Assembly (NCBI GenBank): GCA_965215015.1
Contig: OZ244042.1
Coordinates: forward strand, 5,216,001 to 5,280,000
Length of the DNA stretch: 64,000 nucleotides
Reading direction: 5' to 3'
Origin: Candidatus Poribacteria bacterium
GTDB lineage: Bacteria; Poribacteria; WGA-4E; PCPOR2b
Shown: positions 10,480 through 21,523 of the stretch, in pieces
Layout of the letters: the number at the start of each line of letters is the position of its first letter
Numbering within the stretch: the first letter of the stretch is position 1
The notes under the pieces: model-generated
Told to the model about the DNA's origin: nothing
What the model saw: the letters and a program-made list of their open reading frames with translations, nothing else
Databases searched by the model: none
Program-made: the position numbers and the translations under genes

Positions 10480-10759
10480 TCTCTCTAGTCAGACGTTTTG
10501 GGCTTGCGGTTTTGTGGATGAAGCATTGAATCTGCGTGACAGAATATGGCAGTGTCTGAACTGCGATACACAGTTAGATAGAGATCGCAACGCGGGGGTC
10601 AATATCTTTAGGGTGAGACGTCCACCTTCTTAGGGGAAAGGGTAAGCCCATGTTCGGATGGCTCTCTTTGACGCCTATTAGGTAACCGAACAGACAGGAT
10701 AGAGTGCTTCCACCCCTAAAGGTAAGAATCCCAAGCCTTTAGGGGTGAGAGTACGTCAA
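10480..10759 (+). mobile_element. tnpB: Second tnpB 3' remnant with IS200/IS605 right end
   Basis: SSQTF..CGF...LNLRDRIWQCLNCDTQLDRDRNAGVNI zinc-ribbon fragment followed by GAATCCCAAGCCTTTAGGGGTGAGAGTACGTCAA. Confidence 0.8.
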
Positions 10760-10841
10760 ACATATTGCTCTGTTGGACTGAAGCGGGAGACAGTAGCCAC
10801 AGTAGTTACAGCATACGGCGTATGCCTACTACTTTTCTAGG

Positions 10842-11609
10842 CTAATAATAAGCTTCATATCGTATAACTGTTGAGGGGGACAAGCGGACGGATTTACCGC
10901 GCATTGTGTCTAGGTAGCCGAGCCTCAGGAGGGTGATGATCTCGTGGGAATCGGGGATGTTGAAGATTTCCTGAATCCGCTCTCGGTCCATCTGACGTTC
11001 CAGTGGTGCGCTGACAAATTGCGTGCCGATGTTCAGTGCTGTTGCTGTCAGGAGCAAATTTTGGATGGCGGCTCCCATGCCTAACCACATCCACCGATTT
11101 CCTCCTTCGCCGGGTGGGCATCTCGTGTTATCCATCAGTACAAGGATAAGCAACGGTGAGGTGCGAACAAGCTCGGAGATTTCTTTGGCGGGCAGCTGGC
11201 CTGCCCCCAAATGTCCCAGAATGCTAAGATATTTCGCATATTTCAGTAGCGGTTTGAGTTTACTTGGATCTTTCTGGAACAGGGGTGGGAGATCAACATG
11301 ATCGGTCAGCAGCACGCCATCACCGCGTTCTTCCCATTCCGATTCGGTCAGGCGCATCCAACGGCTATTGTCGTCCAGAAAAGTGCTGTCTTTGAATTGC
11401 TCGACAACGCTCCGTGCGACCAACTCGGCGAGGGTATTCTTCCCGGCAGCTTCACGGATGATGAGAAACTCCCAAGGCTGTGTGTTGAATGGGGAGGGTG
11501 CCCACTGCGCTGCTTGGATTAGTTGGTCCAGGTCTTCTTGAGAAATTGCGTCCGTGCGAAATTCGCCGCGATGGGTCCTGCGTTGAGTGATGGCGTCGAA
11601 AAGTTCCAT
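10842..11609 (-). CDS. Nitroreductase family protein
   Basis: AITQRRTHR, AAQWAPSPFNTQPWEF, GAAIQNLLLTATALNIGT, LRLGY. Confidence 0.9.
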   Translation of the reverse strand: MELFDAITQRRTHRGEFRTDAISQEDLDQLIQAAQWAPSPFNTQPWEFLIIREAAGKNTLAELVARSVVEQFKDSTFLDDNSRWMRLTESEWEERGDGVLLTDHVDLPPLFQKDPSKLKPLLKYAKYLSILGHLGAGQLPAKEISELVRTSPLLILVLMDNTRCPPGEGGNRWMWLGMGAAIQNLLLTATALNIGTQFVSAPLERQMDRERIQEIFNIPDSHEIITLLRLGYLDTMRGKSVRLSPSTVIRYEAYY

Positions 11610-11750
11610 GGGATTCTCCTGATATTTATTTAATTAGTACATTGGTTCATTGATTCAGAGCAACTGGATCGAAAGGTAGAGTCCTTCAGTTTTAACAGAA
11701 ACCCGATAGATTTTCAATACCTAGCAACTTGGGTTACTTGAGGAAAGAAG

Positions 11751-12980
11751 ATGGCACAACAAACAGAAATCTTAATCGTCGGCGGCGGCATTTGGGGACT
11801 GAGTACCGCCTATCATTTAGCTAAGTTTGGACAAAAGGGGGTGCTCGTTTTGGAGCGCAACGATGAAATCGCTGCAGAGACAACGCCCCAAGCTGCGGGG
11901 CTCGTCGGTCAAATTCGCCCTTCTGTTATTATGTTGCAGGCGATCCGATATGCCCTTGAACTGTTCTCTCAGTTTCCAAAGGAGACCGGACATGATGCTG
12001 GTCTGCGTCAGACCGGAAGTTTGATGGTGGCACTCACGCCAGAGCGGATGGAAGCCTACGCACGTCAAATTGAACGGTCTCACCTAAACGACATCGAGGC
12101 AGATTTTATTTCCCATACGGAGATGGCTCGCCTCGTTCCTGCGTTGGATCTCACCAAGATTGAGGGCGGCTATTTCGTCCCCAACGACGGCTATGTCGAC
12201 CCCCAGCAGTGCGCCCGCGCTTATGCCGCCGCAGCGAGGGATTTGGGGGTTCAAATCCAATTGAATACGCCCGTAACCGGCTTTCGGCAGCGCAATGGGG
12301 AGATACTTGGGGTAGAGACAGGAAATGGCTTTATCGCATCAAATCATGTCGTAATCACCGCTGGACCGTGGGGTGCTGGGCTTGCCAAGAAGGTTGGCAC
12401 GACCACGGCGGCACAACCGATTCGCCATCAACGTGCTCGCACGGTTCCGACCTCCGGAATCCCCGACCACCACCCAGCGGTGCGTGTTACCGATGTCAGC
12501 TGCTATCTGAGACCTGACAAAGAGGGCTACCTCTATGGGTTCTTTGAACCCATGCCAGTCAGCATCGATTTAGAAACAATGCCCGCTGACTTCAGGACGC
12601 GAGATATTGCCCCCCCTGTGGAGGTCATGGCAGAGGCACAAAGACGGCTTGCCCCAATCTTCCCAATTCTGAAGGACCTTAAAATCACCGAGTATCGACA
12701 CGGGATGACCACATTTGCGCCCGATGGTGCGTATCTGATTGGTCCTGTGCCGGGGATTGATCGACTATACCTAGCCACCGGTTGTGCTGCGTTGGGAATT
12801 GCGGGTTCCCCGGCAATTGGTCGGTGGCTAGCGAGATGGATAATTGACGGAGATCCCGGCGAAGATTTGACTATTTTCTCACACCAACGGTTCGGGAGTC
12901 GAGCGGCCGATCCAGAATGGTTGCGTCGAGAGAGCGAACGATTTTACGCGAATTATTACGGCATCGGATCCGATGAATAA
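11751..12980 (+). CDS. FAD-dependent oxidoreductase (sarcosine/dimethylglycine oxidase-like, DAO family)
   Basis: IVGGGIWGLSTAYHLA, LER, TTPQAAGL, DGYVDP, TFAPDG. Confidence 0.9.
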   Translation: MAQQTEILIVGGGIWGLSTAYHLAKFGQKGVLVLERNDEIAAETTPQAAGLVGQIRPSVIMLQAIRYALELFSQFPKETGHDAGLRQTGSLMVALTPERMEAYARQIERSHLNDIEADFISHTEMARLVPALDLTKIEGGYFVPNDGYVDPQQCARAYAAAARDLGVQIQLNTPVTGFRQRNGEILGVETGNGFIASNHVVITAGPWGAGLAKKVGTTTAAQPIRHQRARTVPTSGIPDHHPAVRVTDVSCYLRPDKEGYLYGFFEPMPVSIDLETMPADFRTRDIAPPVEVMAEAQRRLAPIFPILKDLKITEYRHGMTTFAPDGAYLIGPVPGIDRLYLATGCAALGIAGSPAIGRWLARWIIDGDPGEDLTIFSHQRFGSRAADPEWLRRESERFYANYYGIGSDE

Positions 12981-13197
12981 AACGTAGATTAATTCATTGG
13001 TGCATTGGTTCATTCTCGGATTCGTTTATGTTAAGAAATGATGCAACGGCAATCGTAGATGCTTTCATTAAGAAACTTCTGGTTGCCCGTCTGTAGGCTT
13101 TCTTTTTTATTTGGGTAGATTCGCATTAATTCGCGGACGCTTAAAAGGTTTTTCTGATTTTTGGACGCGCACCACACTCCGACGAAAAGATTATCTA

Positions 13198-14079
13198 ATG
13201 ACAAAACATCAGAACGATATGGACGAAACAGCTCTCAGTCCCGAACCTATTGGACGTCAACGAGCGATACGGGTTGATGTGCCGACGAACTTGGAGAACA
13301 TTCGGGTTATCCTGTTTGAGCCCCGTGAGCCGGGTAACATTGGATCCGCGGCGCGGGCGTTAAAGGGGATGGGACTCTCCCAATTATACCTTGTCAATCC
13401 TATCCCGTTTCTTGATGCGAAACCGACATGGTATATGGCGCACGGCGCAACGGATGTTATCGAGAACTGCTGTGTCGTAGAGACGCTGGAAGATGCCCTC
13501 GAAGGGCTTCAGTTTCTCGTTGGCACCACCCATCGGCGACGGGACCCGAGGCTGCCGCCCTCTGTCTCGGCAAGAGAGGCAGCACAGGAGATTGCCTCTC
13601 TTTCGCAGCACCAGCGGGTCGGGCTGCTATTCGGGCGCGAGGATTTTGGACTATCCAGCTCCCAAATCAGTCGCTGCCAGTTGATAGCAAGCGTCCCAAT
13701 GGCGGCGAAAAACCCGTCCCTGAATCTGGCCCAGGCGGTGCAGGTCTTCGCCTACGAGGTTTTTCTCGCCAGCGCAGGTGATATTCCGCCAACGGAGTTG
13801 GAGTACGCCGAGGTCAATGAGATCGAGGCGTTTTACGGTCGTATCACAGCCTTGTTACAGCAGATTGGTGTTACACCCTACAATCACGATTGGGAGACCT
13901 TTTTGAAATCGTTGCGGCGTGTATTTTCGCGGACGCGGTTAGAAGAACGAGACATCGCTACGCTAGACATGATCTTTTCGACGACATTCCGTTACATCAC
14001 CCGGCTCAACCGCCAACTCGAAGATTTGTCAAATAGTGTCTCTGTGGAATCCTCAGAGGGGGATGACTTCAACACTTAA
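13198..14079 (+). CDS. TrmJ/LasT family RNA 2'-O-methyltransferase (SPOUT)
   Basis: IRVILFEPREPGNIGSAARA, LLFGREDFGL, SLNLAQAVQVFAYE. Start 13198 or 13219. Confidence 0.9.
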   Translation: MTKHQNDMDETALSPEPIGRQRAIRVDVPTNLENIRVILFEPREPGNIGSAARALKGMGLSQLYLVNPIPFLDAKPTWYMAHGATDVIENCCVVETLEDALEGLQFLVGTTHRRRDPRLPPSVSAREAAQEIASLSQHQRVGLLFGREDFGLSSSQISRCQLIASVPMAAKNPSLNLAQAVQVFAYEVFLASAGDIPPTELEYAEVNEIEAFYGRITALLQQIGVTPYNHDWETFLKSLRRVFSRTRLEERDIATLDMIFSTTFRYITRLNRQLEDLSNSVSVESSEGDDFNT

Positions 14080-14377
14080 CCTTAATCTCATCAGCCTCAA
14101 CGACCACTTCATAGGATCTAACGCGGAGTCGTTCATCCGTATGACAACGTCCATTTGTGACATCGTACGCGTAGCCGTGAACCGGGCAGATGACCGCCCC
14201 ATTCCTGACCCGTCCTCTGCCGAGCGGCCCCAGCGCGTGGGCGCACGCATTGTCTAAGGCGTAGAAATTCTCGTCATCGGCGTTGAAAACCGCAATCCGC
14301 TTTCCATTGACGGTGAACGCCTTGCCCCGTCCCTGCCGAATATCCGACGTTTTTGCAACTGTCACATAAGATGACAT
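14069..14377 (-). CDS. Rieske [2Fe-2S] ferredoxin
   Basis: CAH...CPVHG Rieske motifs; AAAGGAG RBS before ATG 14377. Confidence 0.9.
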   Translation of the reverse strand: MSSYVTVAKTSDIRQGRGKAFTVNGKRIAVFNADDENFYALDNACAHALGPLGRGRVRNGAVICPVHGYAYDVTNGRCHTDERLRVRSYEVVVEADEIKVKC

Positions 14378-14587
14378 AACACGCTCCTTTCTGCTCAACT
14401 ATATTCACCCGATCTGTAGGTCAATTTCCAAAATCGACAATACTAGAACATAGCCCGACAGAATACCAGTCCCTGTCGCGCGACACTATTGGCTCAATCG
14501 ACCCGGAACATTACGCTATAGTCCGGGTGTTTTGTTAAGATATAAATCTCGACCTACAGGCTGAGTACTTCTCAATTATATTTATAT

Positions 14588-15655
14588 TCACCCCCGATGT
14601 TGGTCGAGAAACATCCGATAGATATCTTCAAACAGCCGCACATCGGTCAGGGTGTCCTCGCCGGAAGATCTGAACGGCGTATCGTTCCGAACATTTTCGA
14701 TGAAATGTTCCGCTTCCCGTCGGTACGCCCATGTCCAGTTCGGTTTCGGGATTGGGCGTGAAATCTCCTGCGTCTCTCCAGCCCGGTAAATCTCCACCTC
14801 GGCGGGAGTGTTCTTCAGCAAGAGCGGCGGTGCCCACGTATGTACCCAGCCGTCTTCAAAGTAGATTTGCGTATGCTCATCCCACCGATAGTGTGAAACC
14901 CTGCCCGTTTCGAGGGTTACACGCACATCCGCCATGTCGAAGATGACGACACCACTGTAACCATTATTGTCGAGGTCAACGACTTTTACCTGCACCTGAT
15001 CACCGGCGTCCAAAAACCAGCGCAGCAGGTTGATGTTGTGGGTGTATTGCTGCAAGTAGCCCAAGTAGGGGCGCACCCATTCCGATGGCAGCCATTCAGG
15101 GGTTTGCGCGGCTGCCTCCGGTTTTGGCACCTCGCTCGTCTCCATCGGTGTATCGAGGTTGCAGATCCACTCCCCGCAGAAACCGTGATTCCGCACGTAG
15201 GTCATCCGCCCCAATTCGCCTGTCGCCCGAAACGCATCCACTTTAGACCTGACCAGTTCGTTGCCGGTGTCATACCGTTTCATGTAGCCAACCATCAGCT
15301 TTTTGCCGGTAGCTTTTCCGGTGGCGACAATTGACTCTGCCTGTTGAGTCGAGACCGCCATCGGCTTCTCCATGAAGACCTGCTTCCCTGCGCTAAGAAG
15401 GTCTTTCGCAATCTCTCCTTGTAAGGCAAAATCGGCAGACACCGCGATGGCTTCGATTTCGGAGTCGGCTGCCAGTTCGGTGTGGTCGGTGTAGAGGCGA
15501 GGGATCCCCCATCGCTGCTGCACTTTTTGACCGAGTTCTGGGCGCACCTCCGCTAACCCGATGAGCTCGCAGTTGGGGAGGCTGGTGAAGTTCGGGATAT
15601 GCACTTTCTGCGCCATGAAGCCGCAGCCTACATACCCCAGTTTGATAGGTGCCAT
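14588..15655 (-). CDS. Gfo/Idh/MocA family oxidoreductase
   Basis: MAPIKLGYVGCGFMAQ, FMEKPMA, VGYMKRYD. Confidence 0.9.
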   Translation of the reverse strand: MAPIKLGYVGCGFMAQKVHIPNFTSLPNCELIGLAEVRPELGQKVQQRWGIPRLYTDHTELAADSEIEAIAVSADFALQGEIAKDLLSAGKQVFMEKPMAVSTQQAESIVATGKATGKKLMVGYMKRYDTGNELVRSKVDAFRATGELGRMTYVRNHGFCGEWICNLDTPMETSEVPKPEAAAQTPEWLPSEWVRPYLGYLQQYTHNINLLRWFLDAGDQVQVKVVDLDNNGYSGVVIFDMADVRVTLETGRVSHYRWDEHTQIYFEDGWVHTWAPPLLLKNTPAEVEIYRAGETQEISRPIPKPNWTWAYRREAEHFIENVRNDTPFRSSGEDTLTDVRLFEDIYRMFLDQHRG

Positions 15656-15746
15656 TGTTTCTGTTTTCTCCCAAAGTAAAGTATCCACGAATTTTGATGA
15701 ATGATTTAGCGTAGATTCGTGGATGAATGTTGATTGTTTCAAGAGG

Positions 15747-17219
15747 TTACGGCATACGGCGTATGCGTACTACTTTTGAGACGAGTCCGACCGTTAGGAA
15801 ATTCGCGGCTAGTCCCCAGACGCCGGCGTGGATTCCCATCGGTTTCGTTGCGATTCCGATGCCGGCGAGATTGGCAAACATGATCCCTAACGCAACACAG
15901 GTGCCAAGGAGCAGTCCCGACAGAACAGCGGAGGTGCGGAGGGATTTCAGGTGGACGCCGACGAAGATGGCGGGTGCCACTTGGCATAGCAGTTCCAGTT
16001 TAATCTCCGTCAACCGCCAGAGCGTTTGTGGGAGTTGAATCGCCAGAAAAACCAGTACCGCCATAAGCCCCCACGAGAAAACTTTTCCCGTTACAGTCAG
16101 GTGATGCTGAGATACGTCGGGACGCATCCGCTTATACAGATCTTGCGTAAAAACTGAGGAAACCGCAAGCAGCGCAGAGTCAACGGTAGACATAATTGCA
16201 GCCACAGCGGCAGAAAGAAAGAGGATAAGCAAAATTCGGACGCCGGGGAGTCGGTCTGCCATGTCGTTTAACAAGAACAGAGCCACCTGCTCGCTGCCTA
16301 GCCGATCCAGCCCCGGAAACTGCGCTGCGCCGACAAGACCGACAACGAACATGAAAAAGGTGGTAAAAATTGGCATGAAGACCATGATTTGGAAGGAACG
16401 CCGCAGCGTCTGTTCGTCTTTTGCTGCGTAGATGCGCTGGATGGCGTGCGGATAAATTGACGGTCCAAAAAAGACGATTGTTAATGTGCTTAGCCAAGTG
16501 AGTTTTTGTTTTATTGTCGGGGGTTGCCAAAAAGCGGGTTGCGTTGCCAGCAGTTTCTCCGCGGTGGCGGTTAGGCCGCCGTATTGGTAGCTGATTACAC
16601 CAAAGATGAAGACACATCCTGCCAACAGCAAAACGCCTTGGATAGCGTCGGTCCATGCGACGCTTCGTAATCCGCCGAGTGTCTCGTAAATCAGCATAAT
16701 TAGCGACAAGACAATTACGCCTTGGACAAAGGTTACATACCCACCCGTCGAAGCCTCAACAATGTAACCGATTGCCTTCAGGTTGCTGAGGATATAATTT
16801 CCGAGTGCAATAATGAAAATAACGGTTGAAAGTGCCGTTAGCTTGGTAGATCCAAACCGCTGCTGGATATAGTCGCCAATTGTGATATAGCCGTGTTTTC
16901 TGGAGAGTCGATGGAACTTGGGGGCGTATACCAGATACGCGCCAAGTATCGACATCGAAAAGGTCACGCTCACCAAAAAAAAATACCCAGTTCGGTATAC
17001 ATTGCCGACGAATCCAATCAGTGTAAGACCGCTGTATTGCGTCGCATAGAGGGTAAGGAACAGAACGAATAGCCCGAGTCCTCGGTTGCCGAGGTAAAAA
17101 TCAGCCATTGAATTTTCTCGCCGTGCGAATCGTCCGGCAAGACCGACCACGATGAGGGACGTTAAATAGATCCCCATAAAGAGGACGCCCCCGGGCCCGA
17201 GCAGTGCTGTCGTGTTCAT
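15747..17219 (-). CDS. Sodium:solute symporter (SSS family)
   Basis: DFYLGNR, YETLGGLRSVAWTDAIQG, AAIMSTVDS; about 13 TM segments. Confidence 0.92.
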   Translation of the reverse strand: MNTTALLGPGGVLFMGIYLTSLIVVGLAGRFARRENSMADFYLGNRGLGLFVLFLTLYATQYSGLTLIGFVGNVYRTGYFFLVSVTFSMSILGAYLVYAPKFHRLSRKHGYITIGDYIQQRFGSTKLTALSTVIFIIALGNYILSNLKAIGYIVEASTGGYVTFVQGVIVLSLIMLIYETLGGLRSVAWTDAIQGVLLLAGCVFIFGVISYQYGGLTATAEKLLATQPAFWQPPTIKQKLTWLSTLTIVFFGPSIYPHAIQRIYAAKDEQTLRRSFQIMVFMPIFTTFFMFVVGLVGAAQFPGLDRLGSEQVALFLLNDMADRLPGVRILLILFLSAAVAAIMSTVDSALLAVSSVFTQDLYKRMRPDVSQHHLTVTGKVFSWGLMAVLVFLAIQLPQTLWRLTEIKLELLCQVAPAIFVGVHLKSLRTSAVLSGLLLGTCVALGIMFANLAGIGIATKPMGIHAGVWGLAANFLTVGLVSKVVRIRRMP

Positions 17220-17424
17220 CCTATATGTTTCCAGAGTTTTGAGTTGCCCAACTAGCGGTTATCTGACTATAGGTGGTTGTTATTGAAAAGGTTCATATTA
17301 AAAGAAATGGTAAAACATGATGCGTGAAACATGAAAACAATTTGTCCATTGGTTCATTAGTGCATTGGTGTCCAAGAGTCCACGCGAATTTGTACAAAAT
17401 ACTTCGTGAAGATTCGCGGAGGCT

Positions 17425-17634
17425 TTATGGGTCATCTTCATCTTTTGCGGACACGGACCAATAGCAGCGGAGACAGAGCGCAACCACAATGGCATACAGG
17501 ATTGTCGTGCAAAAGCTATAGAACGCCCAAGGCGGGAAGCCCAAAATTTGCACCGCTTGGGGTTTTGTGAAGAGCCAAGGGACCGTCGCCACAAGGAAGA
17601 ATGTCAATAGGCCATATAGTTTTGGTCGTGTCAT
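17425..17634 (-). CDS. Small 2-TM membrane protein, SSS-associated (DUF3311/DUF997-like)
   Basis: VPW...ILGFPPWAFYS pattern, directly upstream of the symporter. Confidence 0.7.
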   Translation of the reverse strand: MTRPKLYGLLTFFLVATVPWLFTKPQAVQILGFPPWAFYSFCTTILYAIVVALCLRCYWSVSAKDEDDP

Positions 17635-17757
17635 TTGTTTTATCCACGAATCTACGCGAATCTGCGCTAAATCATTCGTAAAGATTCGTGGGGTTTTGCG
17701 GAAGCTTTAGCGAATTTGAGATAATCCCTCGGTTCATGAATTCATGCAGTTCGTTAA

Positions 17758-20500
17758 TCATTGGGCTAAGTTCCTAGCCGAGGGATCATCGGTTGGCTCA
17801 ACACGGACTGGACACACCTTGAGCTCCGCTGTTTCTGTTATTGGGTCGTAACCGGAGCCGGTGAGGATATTGACAGGCACATCGCTGAAGCTGAAACTAG
17901 CGAAGACCGTTCCGCGCGGTGAGCGATTGGTGGATTTCACCTTGACCTTCACACTGCCGCGTACGCTTGATAACTCACACCAGCCACCATCCCTGAGTCC
18001 CCATCCGTGGACATCGGCGGGATTCACCTCAAGGGCTTCTTCGGACAGTAGATAGTCGATGCCCTGTGCCCGACCGGTTTGTGTGCGCGTGTGGTAAGAT
18101 TGGAGTCTGCGTCCGGTTGTCAGCCAGACGGGGAAGTCGTCGCTGATGGTCTCCGCTGGATCTCGATAACGCACGATTGAAAAGATGCCGCGCCCGTTCA
18201 CAAACTCTCCTTCGTGCAATCGGGGGGTGCCGGGGTGATTTTTGTCAGGCACGGGCCACTGGTACTCACTGTTTTCAATACGTTCCCAATCGAGCCCTGC
18301 ATAAATCGGCGAGACGCTGCACAGTTCGTTGAAGACCGCTTTCGGTTCGTCAAAGTCGAATCCTGCCAAGCCGAGTCGTTGGGCGAGTTGACAGATGATC
18401 CACCAGTCGGGTTTAGCTTGTCCTGGCGGTGGCACGGCTGCACGAAGGCGTTGGACGCGGCGTTCTGTGTTCGAGCAAACGCCGTCCGTTTCACCGAAGG
18501 CGGTTGCGGGCAGGACAACATCAGCGAGTTCCGCGGTGTCGGTCAAGAAGATGTCGATAACGACGAAGTGGTCAAGACTCCTCAAGGCGTGTTCGCAATG
18601 CACACGGTCGGGATCGGAGAGTAGTGTGTTTTCGCCATCGATTAGCATAGCGCGGATTTCGTCGCCGCAGAGGTCGAGCGCAGTCACTTTGGTTATCCCT
18701 TTGTCAAGGTCAATCTCTCTGCCGTAGATTTGCTTGAATTTGGCTTGGTTTGCGGGATCTATAACGGACTGGAAGCCGGGATAGTTATTCGGGAGCGCGC
18801 CGCTATCGCCTGCACCCTGAATGTTGTTTTGACCGCGCATCGGGTTGATGCCGGTGCCTTCACGGCCGATGTTGCCGGTCATGAGGGCGAGATTACAGAG
18901 GCTTTGCACATTATCGACGCCGCAAATATGCTCGGTGATGCCGAGCGTGTAGTAGATTGCGGCTTTTTCCGATTCGCCGTACCACATTGCGGCGGTTTCG
19001 ATATCCTTCGCAGGCACCCCACTAATATCCTCTGCCCATTTCGGTGTAAATTCGACGAGGTGTTCGAGAAAAGCGTCGCTGTCTGTCGTGCGGCTTTCGA
19101 TGAAATCTGGATCGATAAGCCCCTCCCGAGCGATGACGTGTGCCATTCCGAGTAGGAGTGCTACATCCGATCCGACCCTGAGTGGCAGATAGAGATTCGA
19201 TAGCTCTGCGAGACCGATTCGCCGCGGATCAGCGACAATCAATTTTGCTCCCCCCGCGATTGCTTTTTTGAGGCGTGTTGCTGCAACAGGGTGGCACTCC
19301 GTCATATTTGTTCCGATGCAGAAGATCACATCCGGCTTTTCCATGTCAACCAATGGGTTAGACATCGCACCGCGTCCGATTGTGGCTGCCAGACCGGCAA
19401 CCGTTGGGGCGTGTCAGGCACGGCTACAGTTATCGATGTAGTTTGTGCCGAATCCGACACGGATGAATTTCTGCATGAGATACGCCGCTTCGCTCGGTGC
19501 ACGCCCGGAGGCAACACCATAGATGCTGTGTCTACCGTGTTTTTCGCTTGCCAGTTGGAACCCATCGGCTGCCCGATCGAGAGCTTCGTCCCAACTCGCT
19601 TCGTGGAGTTCCCCATCCTCTCCACGAACGAGTGGGGTTGTCAACCGGTCGGGATGGTGCACAAAGTCGAAGGCGAACTGCCCCTTGACGCAGAGGGCCC
19701 CCTCGTTTGCGGGGCCATCCATCGCTGGGTGGATGCCGACTATCCTGTCTTCCTTAGTTAGGAGATCAATTGAGCAGCCAACGCCGCAATAGGGACAGAT
19801 GGTGCGGGTTTTCTCGATTTCACCCGGCATCTCGACTGCACGCATCGCCTTCTTGTCGGCGAGGGCACCGGTTGGGCAGGTCTGCACGCACTGTCCGCAG
19901 AAGGTGCACGCTGAGTCTCTCAACGTTCCGTTGAACTCAGTGGTAATCTGGGTATGGAAGCCGCGGTTCATGACGCTGATTGCGTAATCGCCTTCTTGTT
20001 CAGCACAAACACGGACGCACCGGTAGCAGGAAATGCAGAGATCGTAGTCGCGCAGGATAAAGGGATTTTTGTCGTCTGTATTGCTCGTGCCCGACGCTGC
20101 CCCGACGAATCGTCCGGTACGCGCCTCGTAGCGGCTGGCGAGGGTTGTCAGTTCCTGTGACGCATAGCCGCGCAGGGAATCGACCTCGAGTTCACGGTTT
20201 TCGGAAATAACCATCTCCAGCAAGGTCTTTCGGTATTTCTCGATCTCGTCAGTCACGGTCCGGACAACCAGACCGGGCGTCGCCTTCGTCGTACAAGACG
20301 CGACAGGATTTCGGGCACCTTCCAATTCAACGACGCAGAGGCGGCATCCACCGAAGGCTTCAAGGCGAGGGTCGTAGCAGAGAGTTGGAACCTGCTTCTG
20401 ATGTCGCTCCGAGATCTGGTAAATGGTTTCCCCCTCGGTGAAGGTGACTTCCTCTCCGTCGAGCGTTATTGTTGCGGTCTGTTTGGGGGGGGGGGGTCAT
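17758..20500 (-). CDS. fdhF: Selenocysteine-containing formate dehydrogenase alpha subunit with N-terminal Fe-S domains (one-base frameshift in a C12 run just after the ATG)
   Basis: ORFs 19414-20325 and 17758-19365 are in one frame, joined across TGA: YIDNCSRA-U-HAPTVAGLAATIGRGAMSNP. Also PTLCY..GGCRLCVVE..ASC, two CxxCxxCxxxC motifs, CPYCGVGC and RGQNNIQG. Confidence 0.9.
19384..19416 (-). promoter_or_regulatory. Sec UGA codon and bacterial SECIS hairpin
   Basis: UGA CACGCCCCAAC GGUUGCC-GGUCU-GGCAGCC; spacing and GGUCU loop match the E. coli fdhF SECIS. Confidence 0.85.
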
Positions 20501-20615
20501 CGTGTTTTTCCTTTCTTTTCTTACAGGGAGACACAAACTTGGGTTAAGCTGGACACTTACGTCACAAGGAGGTGCAAAACGCTAAGAGTCTGTATCCTTA
20601 TGTTTATCTCTATTT

Positions 20616-21371
20616 TTACGAAAGATTAATCCATGCTGATACAGCTGCGTTCCAAAATTGTGCCTGTCCATCTATCATCAGAACTACATTCTGATCGCGG
20701 GCAGCCGTTTCTGCTCCCGATGTCGTCCGATCCCCGGCGGCGATGGGTAAAACGAGCGGTCCGACCCGCCGAATCAGACTTGCCCGTCGCCAAGCCCGAT
20801 CCACATCGTTGCTATCTACCACCGACGAAATTTCTATTGCCAACCAGACTTCGGGACCACCGGGAGACGCTCGCAATTGCCCGGTAGCTAGCAGGTCCAG
20901 ACGAAAAACGTCCCGAAATTCCCCGGGGGCGAGGGTCGTCTCTAACACTTCATCGATCGTGGACAGATCGACAACCTTCAGTCGCCGCATGAGATGCCCA
21001 AAGTACCCATAGATCTTGTTGCGGTAGGTCAACTCTAGCATGTCCCCCTTTAATCTGCTAACCGTGTTATCTATCCGTTGTTGGTTTTCGGTCAGGGCTG
21101 TGACCTGTTCAGTCAGATGTTCTATTGCGGTTTCTATCCGAGATAACCGTTCTTCGACGTTGGCGAGTCGTTCCTCAACATTAGCAAGCCGTTCCTCAAC
21201 ATTAGCGAGTCGTTCTTCGGCGTGCTGTTGTGCTTCTGCCAAGGTGCTGACAATGTCTGGTAAGGTTAGTAATTCGTCAGAGAGTAGCAGCTGCCGTAAC
21301 TCTGATCGCCATTCTGGGTGATCGGATAGCAATTGCACCAAATCATGGTAATCTTCTACGGTAAAAGTCAT
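20616..21371 (-). CDS. Coiled-coil repeat protein with a probable degenerate PD-(D/E)XK-type C-terminal domain
   Basis: MTFTVEDYHDLVQLL..HPEWR N-terminus, EERLANV x3 heptads, LDLLATG...WLAIEIS..VD..DV.RA. Confidence 0.75.
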   Translation of the reverse strand: MTFTVEDYHDLVQLLSDHPEWRSELRQLLLSDELLTLPDIVSTLAEAQQHAEERLANVEERLANVEERLANVEERLSRIETAIEHLTEQVTALTENQQRIDNTVSRLKGDMLELTYRNKIYGYFGHLMRRLKVVDLSTIDEVLETTLAPGEFRDVFRLDLLATGQLRASPGGPEVWLAIEISSVVDSNDVDRAWRRASLIRRVGPLVLPIAAGDRTTSGAETAARDQNVVLMIDGQAQFWNAAVSAWINLS

Positions 21372-21523
21372 TTTTCAGATTCCTCATTCCTCATGGTTTT
21401 TATTTAAAAGCAATTTACCCCCCAAAGTTCCAGCGTGACAATACCTCTTAAATTAGTGATGGTGATACGATTCAAAGGCCGAGTTTATCACAAGTTTGGA
21501 TTCACGTCAAGCCCTTTGCGTCC

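Noticed and set aside
19414-19416. Nonsense mutation splitting FDH into a pseudogene
   Set aside because: Position at the catalytic ligand and the adjacent SECIS indicate selenocysteine.
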